A DNA stretch of 64,000 nt from Ruditapes philippinarum (taxonomy: Eukaryota), in NCBI RefSeq assembly GCF_026571515.1, contig NW_026859100.1, positions 62,001 to 126,000 on the forward strand, read 5' to 3'. Of the stretch, positions 36,210 through 50,206 are shown piece by piece (position 1 is the first letter of the stretch; every line of letters begins with the position of its first letter). Both the position numbers and the translations under genes were made by a program. The notes below the pieces were generated by a model, which saw nothing but the letters and a program-made list of their open reading frames with translations, did not search any database and was not told the origin of the DNA.

Positions 36210-39200
36210 TATTCGCTCCATGTATATTATATATTGTGTAGTGTACGGGTGTATGAAGTCAGTTTTATATTTGAGCAAATATTTCACTGGATGCCAGGAC
36301 TTCATCGATGAAATATCCCTCGGGGGAAAATTTTTGCAGAAGAAAAAAATATTTACGACTTTTAAAAAGATTTTATTTATGGAGTTAAATCTGTGGTCGG
36401 ACATTATTGAAATAATGCAAACAATTATAGCATTTTGTTATTTCTTGGCCGAGTTATTTTTGGTTTCTATAAATAGCTTGGAAGAAGTGACGTGTTTTTG
36501 TAAATGTTAATCAAGAATAACTATAGTCATAGACTAATAGAGGTGAAGTTATATCAAACCGTATAAATGAAATAATAGGATGAAAATAGGAAAATTGCAG
36601 TAATAGTTTACTCCGGGATAAAGAATCCGTATGGAGATATTAATAATGAAGCCTTATGTATAAAGAAGCCCCGTTACAAGTGATCACTGATAACAATAAC
36701 ATGACATTCAACTATGAATCAATTTATGTCGAAAACATTGTAGGTATATGAAAATATGTATAAAGAAAACAGAAGTGACGTCTGCCAAATAGTTAAAAAG
36801 GCTGAATTGCATTTGTGTGAGTGTGTAAGTTCTATGTAAAAAAAAATATTGGTTTGCATATGTTAAGCTCCTCAAGGAGAAAAACACGGACTATTGTTAG
36901 AGAATACATTCTCAAATGTTGCTTAACAGAAATAGCCTAAATTATTACTGTGTTATCTTTCGCCAGTTTTTGAATAAAGTGACTCTGATTGAGTTCATTT
37001 TTTAAGGAAATAAAATTTATTTAAATTAAGAAATATGTTTATATATTTAAAAAAGTAAAATATGAATTTTGAAAATTTAGGTGGATTTTATTCTAGTAAA
37101 TATTTGATTTTGATGCGAGAAGTTATATTATTCTAGTAAAAAGTTACTAACAAATTATGTAAAATATATTTATTGGTATAGAAGTCTGTAAAATTTTGTG
37201 GTTTTTATTGATTTTTTTGCTTTCCATGCAACTGGATATAGAATACGAAAAAGAAAAATAACTCTTGTCTGAATAATATTTGAACCTTACATAGTTACTT
37301 CCCATTGTTTTGCTATGAAATAAAATTTACCGATAAAAATATGATACATTCATATTAACATGACGATTTTCATTGTTTTTATTCTAGAATTTTATTTTAA
37401 GGCATATTTACTGTTCATTAGTAAATTTCCACGGGGTTTTGATATATATACATAAAAAAATTTATATTTTGAATAATTTACAGTGTAACTTGGTATATGT
37501 TGCATTTACATTATTAATATCATTTTAGCTAAAATTTGTACTAGAATTTATAATGTCATTGGAAGCACTTATAACAGCATTGTTCTTTTGTTGAAATATG
37601 CGTTTATTTGATCTCTCTTTGTTTTTTTTCATCTAGTTTCACAAAGTAGCTTTTAAAAAGCTTGACAAAAAAAAGTCTTGAGTTACAAATAATTTTTTTG
37701 TTTTTTGTTTTTGGGATACCTCATTTAATTAGGACTGTCAAAATCTTAAAGAAGTGATCTATTTTATATGAAAGTATTAAGAACTTGCTTTATGCTGCAA
37801 TAAAATATAAAATGTCCGATTCTATCGAGTATTTGTAAATTTCATATTTTATACTTTTAAAGCAGAGTTTTAGGGTTTTTTCCTCCAGAAATCAAAAGAT
37901 TTTATTTGTTCATGTTTTTGTTCTTCCAGAAGATTGGTAAAGGACTTGACAATATTTTTTTTTTAATGAAAATAGTCAATTTTTTTTAACTTAAATGGTA
38001 AAAACTCACAATTTATATACCCAGTGTTGCGATGAAATCAATGAAAATGTAATGCCATGGACTACTTTCTGTCCCATTAAGCCCCAGTGCTGTAATTTCA
38101 TTACTATGTTACATTTTGCCATTGGATTTTCTTTCCTCACAAAGTATTACAATTTTCTTTGTCTTATTCATCTTTTATACTACAGTATTTTTTTTTCTAT
38201 TTTTTGAATGAAATATTTTGTAATATGTTTTGACTTACGGGCCTATAACATACTACATACAGAATTGAGATAACACCTACAAAAAAATAACATCTAAAAC
38301 ATTATTAAAAAATATTGTAATTTTTGGTTGATTTTAGGATTAAAAGGGGTCTCTATATTGTTTTTGCATTATATTGTCGGCAAATTTCATTTTCTACCTG
38401 AATTCTTTAAATTAGACAAATATATGAAACAATTTTATGTAAAAAAACGTATATAGCATTTAGAGAAAGATGGAGGTCGCTTTAACCTAAAAATTACTGC
38501 ACTGGAGGTAAACATTTGTGGACATAGTACTTCCTGTTGAATAAACTGTACTTTATTTTCTTTCATTATAAACCATGGAGGCTTCATATTTTTATACAAG
38601 ATCATGTTACATGTATATATGCAAAAATTTAAAAAAGCAAGTTACAATATAGTGTGTAGTCATGTAACCATGTTATAATTATGTTATATACCGATCAATC
38701 ATGTTATAACTGCTATATACTATGAGACTGGGTTATGTTTTCATGTTATAATTGAGATATAGCACAGTCATGTTTGGTTGTTTATTTTATAATTATTTTT
38801 TTATTTTTGTTTTGTTTTTTTCTAACAAATGTTTCAGTCATTAACACGTAATGCATATTTTTTTTCTCATTCGCTTTTTGGATAAACAAATTACACCATT
38901 TTTTACAGGGGTGCATTTAGCATTGTTAAATAAAGACCACAGCAGTAACAAAAAAACTCTAATCCATTATGCATAATTGGATGAATTAATAAGTCATGAA
39001 ATCATAGTTTCTGATCTGTTTCATCTGCGAATGTTCGGAAATTAAAACATTCAATTTTTTAGCTGTGTAAACAGTTAACATGTGACAATGCCCAGGAATT
39101 CATTCTTTGTATCACAATCTATTGTTGTCTTTGGAATCACACACTGTGCTTGAAATTGGGACAAATGCCTTGCTCATTTTCTCAAATTCATTAAAGAGTT

Positions 39201-42200
39201 ACAGACCTTGATTATGGTGTAAAGAACAATAACCAGGTACTACTGTTTTGCAACTCAAGAGTTGTGTGCCTTTTTAAAATAATGAATCAAGCGCTTACAA
39301 CTTTTAAAAAATTCTTGGGGTGAAAAAATGATTTCCAACTTGTGTAAAACATACAAGGATAAGATATTAATTTATCACAGATTAAAGAAAAAGTTTTGTA
39401 AAGCATTTAGAAAAAGACAGTTACATTTGTTGTATAGCCTGAATGCTGTTAGTTATAAGGTATGTTAATATTTACCAATTTAAGAGAATATTTTTATGAG
39501 CCAAATTCTGTTAAAACACTCATTACTTTCATGGCACATAGGTTGTGATGCTAAATAAAATATCCTCCTATAAGAAGAGTGCTCTCCTTTGGCAAATGTA
39601 CCCTTTACAATGGAGGGAGGGGTTAATATCGGTGTCAAGGTCAAATGAATCAGATACTAGACTATTGTCCAAAATTCATGATATCACTTGGTGGGAAACA
39701 GGTCATCTTTCACATTCTTGACTAGACATTATACCGATGGTGGGCTTAATTTAAAAATTTGAAATTTTTATGCCACCGCAGCACTTTTTTGACAAATGCA
39801 ATCTTGTTTTTTTTCCTATGTATAATATTGAACTGTTCTAAATTAAAAACAGAACTGATCAGTTATACAAAGTTGGCATAATGATGGTTGAAACTTAATA
39901 CATAAGAATGTTTTATATAGGACTGGATACTGTGTAACTGTTAATGCTACATTTTTTTAATGCCAAATTGATCCCTTCAAAAAAAATGCAAGGTAAACGT
40001 TTCTAAAAATAGTATTTTGTCTATTTTTAGGACACTTAATTAGATGCAAGAAAAGAATTTCTAAAAAAAGTCTAGTTTGGTTATTTTTAGCATGCATTTG
40101 AATTATTTTTTTTTGTGATTCATAAATTCATTGCGCTAGTTGTTATTTGAGAGTCATTGATACTTGAATGCTGTGTTACAAAAGGGTAGTGTTTTGCTTG
40201 TCAACCGTACATAATCAGAGGTTCTGTATTTTATAAAACAAATAATTGCGTGCCTTTGTTTTTTGTATAACTGTACTTTTTTTAATGAGAGAGAAGTTTT
40301 AAACATTTTCATCTGCTATTATGAAATAGAGTTTGTTTGATTGACAGTGTATGAAATAGTCGTAGATGTTTTCTAAGAAATATTGAGAGTATGTAGGTGA
40401 TTTTAACATTTTTTAACATGTTTCAAACATAAATTTGTGACACATTTTGTTCAGCTGAATTGTTAAGTTCTTTTATTTTATCCAAATTTAAGTTTTCTGT
40501 TCCATCTCCTCAAAAAAGTAGTCCTTCATTTGTTCCTATTAAGTTTTATTTTTTATGCTTTTGTATCAATTAATATTAAATTTGCTTTTTTATTAATTAT
40601 CAGTATTTTGCATTAAGAAACATGAGGCATTTTAATATAAATAATTAAGCAGATGTGAATTATCCTTCATCAAGAGTTGTAGAAATTGAAATTAAGTGAG
40701 TTTTTTTAATGATCATTCTTTCTAAGAAGTGGCAGTTACAATCAGAGGGCATTAACTCCATTTGCATTGTATATAGTTGAAAGACAGAGGACCTGCTTTG
40801 ATTGAGCAGAGTAATTTGCACCATTTACACCTTAATCTAATACTAAAATTCTCTTTTATTTTACTATAATATGAAAAAATTGACCCGCCAGACAAAACCA
40901 AAATGATGCGTTGAAAAGGATCCTGCGCGCAACAAAACCCTATAAAAAGGGGAAAACGGGTGAAAAACCAGTCCTACGAAAGTGGTTTTCACCCTGGCCC
41001 GGGACCCCAAATTGTGGTCCAAAAGGGCTTTAATTTTTTGGGTTTTGTCGGGCACGGTCATATGTCTACTGTAATGATGCTATGTAAAGAAATTTTAGAG
41101 TGATAAATAAATTTATCTTTTTTAAAATCCAGCAATGCAATAACCATGACTCCCTCCCTGATTTTTTTTTTTAATATAATTTTTTTTTTTTTAATCCACC
41201 AAAAGAAATTTTCAAGAAAAAAAAAAAATTCTGGCAATTAATTGAATATATTTGTTTGTATTGAATGATGAATAAATTATTCAAAGATTTCCTTAATTTC
41301 ATGCAAAGCAATGAATAACAGTGAGTGATATAATTTATATCTCACTGTTGACAATGAATTATACAGTAAGCTAGCATCATTATTTTATATAAAAAAAACC
41401 TTTATGCAGCTAATGAAATGCGAAAGCAGTATTATTTTGATGATTTTTTTTAACAAAAGAAGATAGAAAAAGGTAACATTACTGAACCTTGTGACAGATG
41501 GACTGTGGTTAGCTTTTGTCCACTTGGTTATTTTTAGAGCTTTATGGGAATGCATATATAATCAATTTAGTTTCCAATACATAAGTTAAAGGTTCAGAAA
41601 GAGTACAAAATGATAAAGTTACTTACTGTCATTGTGTGTCGTTTCTTCTGCCAGTTACTTTCTTATTAGAACATTCTTTGTTACACAAAATTTAATTAAT
41701 ACACAAAAAAGTAATATGTGTGTTGTGTTAAAAATAAATGAATATTATATAATTATCACTATGAAGTGAAATTTTCAAGAGTATTTTTTGTTCTTCATTT
41801 TTAAAAAGAAAAAAAAAGAGAGAGTAAAATTCAAGGTTTTGTGCATATTAAAGACTTATAGATTATGCATCTATGACTTGATTTGTTATAAATCCTGACT
41901 TTTGCTGTGTTAATGTTCTTTGTTTAGCATCATTATCGTCATATCATTTTTTGATATTCACACCCCCCACCACCACCCTACCCCCCTGTTTCTTTAGAGG
42001 CATCTTAATATGTTACTCTGTTTTTACCATGGTTTTAACCTTCACTTTATGAAACAGTTTTTATTTTTTTGAACTGATTTGTAATTTATTGTATATAAAT
42101 TTTTGTCATATATTATTATTATTATATATATAAGTATATATATAGTGTATAGTGGATCTACATAAGCGGAGTCAGAGATCGTTATTTTTGTTACTGTGAC

Positions 42201-45200
42201 TACAAAAATATGCATTATACTTTTGAAAAAATCATCATGTAATCTTTCATACATTGGTAGCCAATTGTTTAGTTTATTAACCATTAAAGATGTTTTTGGT
42301 TATGTATAATAATGTATAATACAAACACATTTCTTTATTTCTAGTAATTAACCCAAAATTAACCCAAAGATTATAAAGTCTTAATAAAGATCAATAAAGA
42401 CAAAGTTTTTATATTTCTAGGTAATTCAGCCCCATGAAGAGAAAACTTAGCACTTATACAAAATTGTTGGTCAGAAAACCTTTAAAAAGGAGAATTTTCG
42501 AATTCCAGGTACTGACTCATTAATTAAGACAAATTTGCAGTTTTAGATGGCAAGTTTGACCTGTTATTTGACCTTAAAGACAATTTGCCTTTTATGAGTT
42601 TTTGATAAATTTTAGACAAATTTTCAAATTTCTTGAAAAATGACACTTTAAGACAAAGGTCGCTGGGGGATAAACGTAATTTTTCCAACAAATTAAGCAT
42701 TGAAATTTTGTTCCTCTTTTTCTGGCTTAAAGAAAAAAAATGTTCTAATAGGTTTCATTATTAACAATTTTATAAAAAGATTTAAAAAAAAACACAACAT
42801 ATCTCAAAAGAAACTACAGTAAATTATCTCTATTAAACCAATGGTCCTAATAGGGAAATTGGGGCTTATAGTAAAAAAGCCCTTTGGCTTAAAAATTAAT
42901 TGGGCTTAAATAATGAATAAGTATTTGTCTAAAAATGAATTGGTCTTTAAATTTTTATAAGCCCCTTTGGTTTAATTGTGTTGGGTTTTAATAGTGAATA
43001 AAAAACTTGTGGTCTAAATGGTGAATTGGTCTTAATAATGAATTAAGTCTTAATAAGCCACTTGAAGAAACTACATGTATCAGGAAAGTTGATATGTTGT
43101 ACCAGTAACTTTTTATATTTCGGAATAAAAATGCATTTTTAGCTTGTAATCTGTTCTTTACCTAGTCTAGAGTACTAAATGTGCGTTTTCCAAAGACTTA
43201 AAACTGGCTTCCCAAAACATTTACATCAATAAATAACTCATTACAAACTTTATTCATGGTATGACTTCATCGTAAAATTCTCTTTTTTTTTCATAGCTCA
43301 GTTATTAAATATATTATTGATAGCTTAAAAAATTTTCCCCATTAGATTAGGCAGGCATTGAACTTTCTGTAAACTTAAGTTGTATCCCATCAAACATTGG
43401 AATTTGTTAAGTAAATTTTAGAACTTTTCAAAAAACTTTATTTTCTTTAGTGATAACATTTTTCATTAAAATATACTGCCTCTCAAGAGTTTCTCATTTT
43501 ATTTGTTAGGGAAAAGACATAAACATACAGAATTGCCAATGCTTGTGACATGTCGTTAAAACCCTGTGGTTTGGCCACATGATTAAAGATACCCCGAGTA
43601 ATTATGTTGCATATCTGTTACCCACCTTAGTCATTGCCTTGCAAAATTTTGTTCTTGAATACAGTTGAACTTAATTATCAAGTTGTCAGTACTGTATTGT
43701 ACTATAATGGAAGAATGAATTGTATTTATATTATTAAGAAGTTAATAAAAAAAAACTGTAGAGAAGGCTGTGTAGGTATTCATTCTGGGTAGATTATCTT
43801 TTTCAGGCCTGTTGGTGGTCTGTTAAATGACCAATGGCCCAATGGGCTTCACTTTTCATCCCGTCTCTGATGTGTATTAACTTATTTTACATAAGATTAG
43901 ATTTATTCATTATCAAATAAAAAGGTCACAAAAAGTAAGTTTTTGTGACAAAAATGAAATTGCTGAAAATGATTTTTTTCACTTTGCCCAGTCTCGTCAA
44001 AATCTTGTTCTCGTTTGCCACTGTAAGATCTTGGCATTATTGACCTTTAGTAGAATGTTATCAGCTTTTATAAATGGTTCATTGGTTAAGGTTTAATGTT
44101 GAACTTCTTTCTATATAAAGCTTTTCAAGTTAAGATGTGTGAAAAACTTAAGTGAAATTTGAATTGGATTGAATTTTTTAGTCTTTTTAATAGATTCATA
44201 TTAAGAATCATATATTATTTTTACAGTTTGTTAAATGCATGTACTGTAGTTTGAGGCAGTATGCTTAAGTTCAGCTAGAAGTTGATTTGAAACTCTAAAA
44301 AGGTATATTATGTACCTCTTTATTGAAGATTCTTTAATTTGATCAGAAACTGATTAAATTGCTAAGCAATAAAGTATGATATGAATAGTAACTTTAGTCA
44401 TACTTTACATATAATGTGAACAGTTGAATATTTCATAAAAGGGACTCCACTGAACTTTTTTTGACAGAAAGGAACTGGAAATTTTTTATTTTTTTTTTTT
44501 GAGAAATGTGTACAATTTGATGAAAGTCTGAACTAACAACTTGGTGTACAAAATTTGAGGACATTTAGGCAATACGCTTACTCTTTTCTGTTCCAAAAAT
44601 TATAATAAATTTAATTGTACAGAATGACAAAAAATTTAAAAGTGTTTACATTCAAATCAGGCAAAGAGTTGCACAAAAAAGGTGAGAGAAAAACAAAATG
44701 AATTTCAATTGAATACTGAGTATTCCTCTTCTTTATCGTTTACATATTTTGCCATTTCAATTGTTTCAATCAGTTTATGTAAGAATATGATGGAACTCCA
44801 TATTTTTTATGCAAATTTTGGTATCAGTTGAGCTCCATGTTAGTCTATATATTTTTAACATATATATTTCAAATATTTTTTTTTGCACAATTTTAGCTGT
44901 ACTCTCAAGCTTTGATTTGCACACAATATATGTTTAAAGGCTTTATGCTACATATTTCATACAGACAAATATAGGCCTAATGAAAACTGCTTAGTAGAAT
45001 TTTTATATGATTTTTGAATATGAAAAAAAGTAACATTTTTTGGCGAAAACAAAATTGGCGGATCACCAATCACGAGATCGCGTTGTATGTCCTTGAATTT
45101 GATTTTTTTATTGCTTATTTCAAGGGCAGTTTTCATACTCTGTATATTCGTCTATGAAAATTGTAGTATATGTCTAATTTTGCAGTTTAATTTGGTCTAT

Positions 45201-45249
45201 ATAAATCTTTCATTCACACTTAGCTGAATGTCCTTAATTGGTTATAAGA

Positions 45250-45312
45250 TTATCATCATCATCATGACATCATCATTATCATCATCAGTTATCATCATTA
45301 TCATCATCATTG
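45250..45312. repeat. (CAT)n imperfect microsatellite
   Basis: Direct read. Confidence 0.8.
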
Positions 45313-45681
45313 TGCATGATAATCATTTTCATTATTATGATTATAAGTGGTGATTGCCCATTGTGATTGGTTAATATTCAGGTAGTGGTAAAAAATGAAT
45401 AAATATTGGCATTTTCTGTTGGATTTACTAAACAAATATTGTACAAAATCAAAGTTTTACTCTTGTGCTAGCAGCATATGTTTGGTATAATAAATGGAGG
45501 GGCCCCTTAGTTCCTACTTTGCTCGTAAATCAGTGATGATACATGATTTTAACAGTGTTGGTCTGACACAAAAACCCAACACCAGCAACAAATAACAAGT
45601 ACATGTGCAATGTGGTATGCATGTTTTGCAAAGTACTAGTACATAACATGAAACTTAATGAATTCTTATTTAGTGGTATCT

Positions 45682-45905
45682 GTGGCAAAGTGGTTAGGGT
45701 CATTGATGTCAAAACACTTGCCGTTCACTGCTATGGTTTTTTTTTTGGGGGGGGGGGGACTTGGGGTTCTTTCATTTGAGGAAGCTGTCTAGGTACCTTA
45801 TAGAACGTTAGCGATTCTACTCAGATGCCAGTTTGTGCCTGAAATAATGAAAGGTCTTCCTCCACCAGTAAAGCTGCCATTTACTATGTTGGTGTCATGT
45901 AAACC
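45682..45905 (+). mobile_element. Degraded tRNA-derived SINE
   Basis: A-box-like gtggcaaagtgg; body gaggaagct...gtgcctgaaataatg...ggtcttcctccacca. A fragment of the same body occurs at ~35700-35765. Confidence 0.5.
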
Positions 45906-46841
45906 CCCCCACTCCCCCACCCCCCCAAAAAAATAAAAATAAAATGAAAATCTGATTTCTTATGTCAGGATGCTTTAATTTCTACCATATACATTCTTTT
46001 TATGGTCACAAGCTGTCAAAATAAACAAAATGAACAAAATGTCAGAAAATATGCACAAACAGTATCCGACCCTTGAGACATGTAATTTTAACAGAAATTG
46101 TCAATTTTTATTACAATAATTGCCAATTACCTGATGATGTATATGAGGATCATTATTATACTGTAGATATTTAGCCTCCCTATATACAGACATATTCATG
46201 ATTTACGTACATTGGTTATTAACAGTAAATAGATAAATATGTACATGTTAAACAAAACAAAAAGCCCTTGTATAGATATAGGGGTTTTAATCATGAAATA
46301 TTTTGTATTTTTTCTGATTTTAACATGAAATAAAAGAATAATATTCATTTTGTTTGTCCTTTTGTTTCATACTGAATGCATTTGTAAACCAGTTTGAGGA
46401 ATATTACATTAAAGGAACTCCACTGAGGTTCAATGGCCCAAAACATAAAAAAAATGAAGATGAAGTGTTCATATGTTGCTAAGTAACAACCTTCCTTTAA
46501 ACCTTTGTAAAATTATTTCTAGATAGTGTACTTTTCAAGTTTTCATGCAGTACAGCTTGAGCTTTTAGGATCGTTGTCCGTCCGTCGTCCGTATGTTTGT
46601 CGTCCGTCTGTCAGCAATTTATGTAAAATAACATCTTTCTTAAAACCACAAGGCCAAAATGATGAAACTTAGCAGAAATTATTTTTCTGCTTGCATGAAG
46701 CTTAAGTTTATTTCTGTCAGCCAGGCCTTGGGAATTTTAGGAAATATTAAACCATGTTACATGACCATACATGCTTGTTTTTCCTTCAAACTTTTAAACG
46801 TTTTCCCGTTTTACATATGTAAATATAGATATGCATAAATA

Positions 46842-49800
46842 TTAAGCTGTAAATATACAGTAAGCAGCATCATAGTGCGTCTTGTACACTCGTTTGCCAT
46901 CAACCACAATTTTGCACGTGTGTAGTCCAGGTGACTGACTGACGTCACATCCGGGGTCACTGTAATATAGAGGTGCTCGTGATGTTGTGTCACTCAACCA
47001 ACCGCAGCTGTAACACAAAATATTTAACATTTATTAATCTTTGCATCGTGATTAAAATAAATTAATCATGCAAGTTAAAGAAAATTCTCTGCGCTAGTTT
47101 AATTTTTCCTTCTTAGCCAATGTAAAAAATGCACTAGGCCCTACCCCTAGAATTTTTTTTTTAAATCCCATAAAATTTGAAATTCTTTCTAAGATTAACT
47201 GGGACAAAAAATAAACGAAGAGTATTTTGAAAGCATACGAAAGATTTCTAACAGATTGATACCCGGTTTATATTCTTATAGCCGTACAAATTTCGGCGCC
47301 AAAGGGCAAAGGTGTGACTGAGGTGTTGTACTAAAAAGCTCAAAACCATATCGGCTTTCAGTCAGTGCTAAATCAGCGCAGTGGTGTATTTTCAAATAGC
47401 AGAGGCACTGACTTCAAATGGACATGCAATTCAAATTTGCACAGCGTTGGGTGAGTGGGGGTCGGGCCAGTTGAGCTACTCCTTTGTCCACCATTAGGCC
47501 TATCTCAAGTAATTGTCCTGATCGAACGACCCCCCCCATTCAATTTTTCAAAACAAATTCAGGTATGTCAATGGCAACAATCAAGTGATAAAAATATCAC
47601 GTATATTTTTTTTATATACAAACCAACAAAGATGGTAGCCTTCATCTCTGATATTTGACAACTCCCTGTGTGTTGCTAGGCGACCATCAAGTGACTGACA
47701 GAGCTCCTCGGCCTCGCCAAACGTCATTAATCTGGAATCACTGAACTTGACAGCGGATACTGTCCAGACGGTAAAAATAGATTATTAGTTATATATGAGC
47801 CGCGTCATGACAAAACCAACAGTCTGATCAGGATCCATGCTGTTCGCTATCAGTTTCTCAACTTGCTATAGGGTTTGTAAGCGAACAGCATGGATCCTGA
47901 TCAGACTGCGCGGATGCTGGTTTTGTCGTGACGCGGCTCATATTATTTTGTTGTTACTATTCAATACAGAGTCAGTTACCTGAATAATACAATCAAAGGG
48001 CTGCAAGCTCTGTGGTATTTTCTGATCCCTGCAATCTAAATCGTACTGTATATCTGTATGTGTTTTCCTGCATAAGTTTATTTTTATGTACTATAAGTCA
48101 TCTTGCAGGGCACCAGAGTTTGATACATACGGAATTTTGCATAACTAGAGTTGCATCAAAAAATAATTTATGTTCATTTTTTATGATAGCCACACTTTAT
48201 CCTTGCATATCGTGGCTATTTCCTTAACAAAGACACTAAAAAAAAAGAATTAAAAAAATGTTGACTCGACTGGGATTTGACCTCTCACATATCAAACGAG
48301 CGCGTTACCCTTGCACCACGGAGAAGTTTTAAAATCAAAAGCTGAATAAAATTAAGTCATTCTAAATTTAGAATTTCCATTGCATTTCGGGTTAGGGTAA
48401 TTTCGAGGTATTTTGTTCAGGGTAAACCTGTTGTTTAAATTTGAAGTAAATAATTTAGCGAAAATCTCCTCGCCCAAACAGTCCAACATGTAGAAACTAT
48501 ATATTCAACTACTCGGCAGTCAGATTTATTTGTGTAGTATTCGGTAATCTGGGATATCCCAGGGTAATCGACATCGCTAAAAATAGAATTTTCATTGATT
48601 AAAATCATATTCATCCGCGTAATTTGTGAGTGTGCATTTATTGACAACTCTATAAGCCAACGCTACTTTAAAAGTTTGAAGGTGTAGTAATTTGTTGGAC
48701 ACTTGTAACAAAAAATTGTTCTCTCTTTTAAATTGATGGTTTTTAAGCAGTTTTGAGTGAGAACTAATTTGCGTTGTTAGGACTGTTAGGAAATTTTGTG
48801 TTAGACCGTGGATGTTAGCTATGTATTATCTGATCTGCGATCAGAAAATACAAAAATCAAAATATAATATGGAAGCATCATGCCTCAAAATTTATGCTAA
48901 TTTTCATAAAAATTTTGAAAATGTATATAAAAATAAAATATTGTGAAATGAACAAAGACAATAATTTACACATTGCAAACAGCACTTTGATGTTAATTAC
49001 CAAAAAAAAGGTCAAAATATGCAAAAATAGAAATTACTGCGTTAGTTACGCAGTAATTTAAACTGAAAATCAGTCATAAATCGCACATAACATGTAAATT
49101 ATTACTTGAATCTTGATTCATTTTACTTTTCTTATCTTAGTAAAATTTTCTCAAGTTTGATTTGTCTTAACAATTTTCGCTCATCTGGAGGCATGAAGCA
49201 GTATACATGTACATATATGTATACTATAAGTATTTTTTTAACAGATTCATATAAATATAATGTAGAATAGTAAAAATTAGCAGTTAACAAACCCGATCAA
49301 CCTTGCTTATACACGTAATAAAAGCTGCAACAAATTTATAATGTAGTGAAAAATTGAAAGTAATTTCATATATTTACAACAACCACAGAGCTATATTTAT
49401 AACAAAAGCCCCTGCAACAACGTAATTGTTAAAAATAACAAGGAACTTGGTGCGCATATCAAGAACGTGAAAATAGTGACCTATTTTAAGTCCAAGTTGA
49501 AAAATATACCACAAGAAAAGAAGAATCGACTTTATACCATGTTGTTGATTATTTTCTTTATTGATGCAGATTTTTAAATTACAATCTTCTGTTGTTGAGA
49601 CTACATTTGTTATAACTGAAATGCTTCTTTTCGGTATTAAAAATGAAGCAGGCCTATGCAAAAGCGCAAAATACAATTTATGAAGAAAAACAGTTTTGTT
49701 CTAGAGTACATTTTTTGTTGTAATTTATAGAGATAATTAGTAAAATAACAAACAAGTTAACAAACAATCAATATTCACAAATAAATGTCAATGTAGAATA

Positions 49801-50206
49801 TTGTTTCAACTTGACACGACATACTGACCATGCTTGGTAAATTCTATTTAAATGTTTGCTAATTAAAATAGAAGGAAAAAATGAACTTACTTTTCATATG
49901 CTCGCTTATCCATAAATGATCACTGGATTGGTCGCCATCTGCCGGCACAAGAGTGCTGTTTTGTTGTATGTAATGACGACACACTTTCGTGATTTCATTA
50001 AACATTACAGCGTGACAGTCCAGACATCTCCTCAGACAGTCAAATCGTGAAACAGTTCCAGATTTACTGCGGAACTCGTCTCCTAAAATGGCGACGCTTC
50101 CGGCCCGAAAAAAGTATCGTCCTTGAACATTTCCACCTTCTGACGAATATACAGATAAAGCATGCACACAAATTAACAGGCTGACTAAAATAAAATAAGT
50201 ATTCAT
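46842..50206 (-). CDS. Secreted PAN/Apple-like + Link (Xlink) module protein, 205 aa; complement(join(46842..47007,47624..47759,49891..50206))
   Basis: Exon 1: signal-peptide-like MNTYFILVSLLICVHALSVYS and PAN-like C-x3-C-x2-C-x-A-x2-FN-x5-C, donor A|gtaagt (phase 1). Exon 2: ggacag|TA..., SAVKFSDSRLMTFGEAEELCQSLDGRLATHRELSNIRDEGYHLC, donor TG|gtttgt (phase 2). Exon 3: ttacag|C..., CGWLSDTTSRAPLYYSDPGC...HYDAAYCIFTA*. The total of 618 nt is in frame, and the Link consensus (tf-EA---C---g--LAT--ql------G---C--GW------P------C...dayC) is complete. Confidence 0.85.
47796..47940. mobile_element. Palindromic MITE copy with deletions in both arms
   Basis: tgagccgcgtcatgacaaaaccaac ... ggttttgtcgtgacgcggctca; lies ~36 nt from the exon 2 acceptor of the PAN-Link gene. 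Confidence 0.82.

Noticed and set aside
36148-36510. 120-aa ORF overlapping the last CTDSP exon
   Set aside because: Alternative frame running into AT-rich 3' UTR; no recognisable motif and a non-ATG start.
49374-49676. 100-aa minus-strand ORF inside the PAN-Link gene as an extra exon
   Set aside because: No domain-like pattern, and exon 1 joins exon 2 in frame without it.
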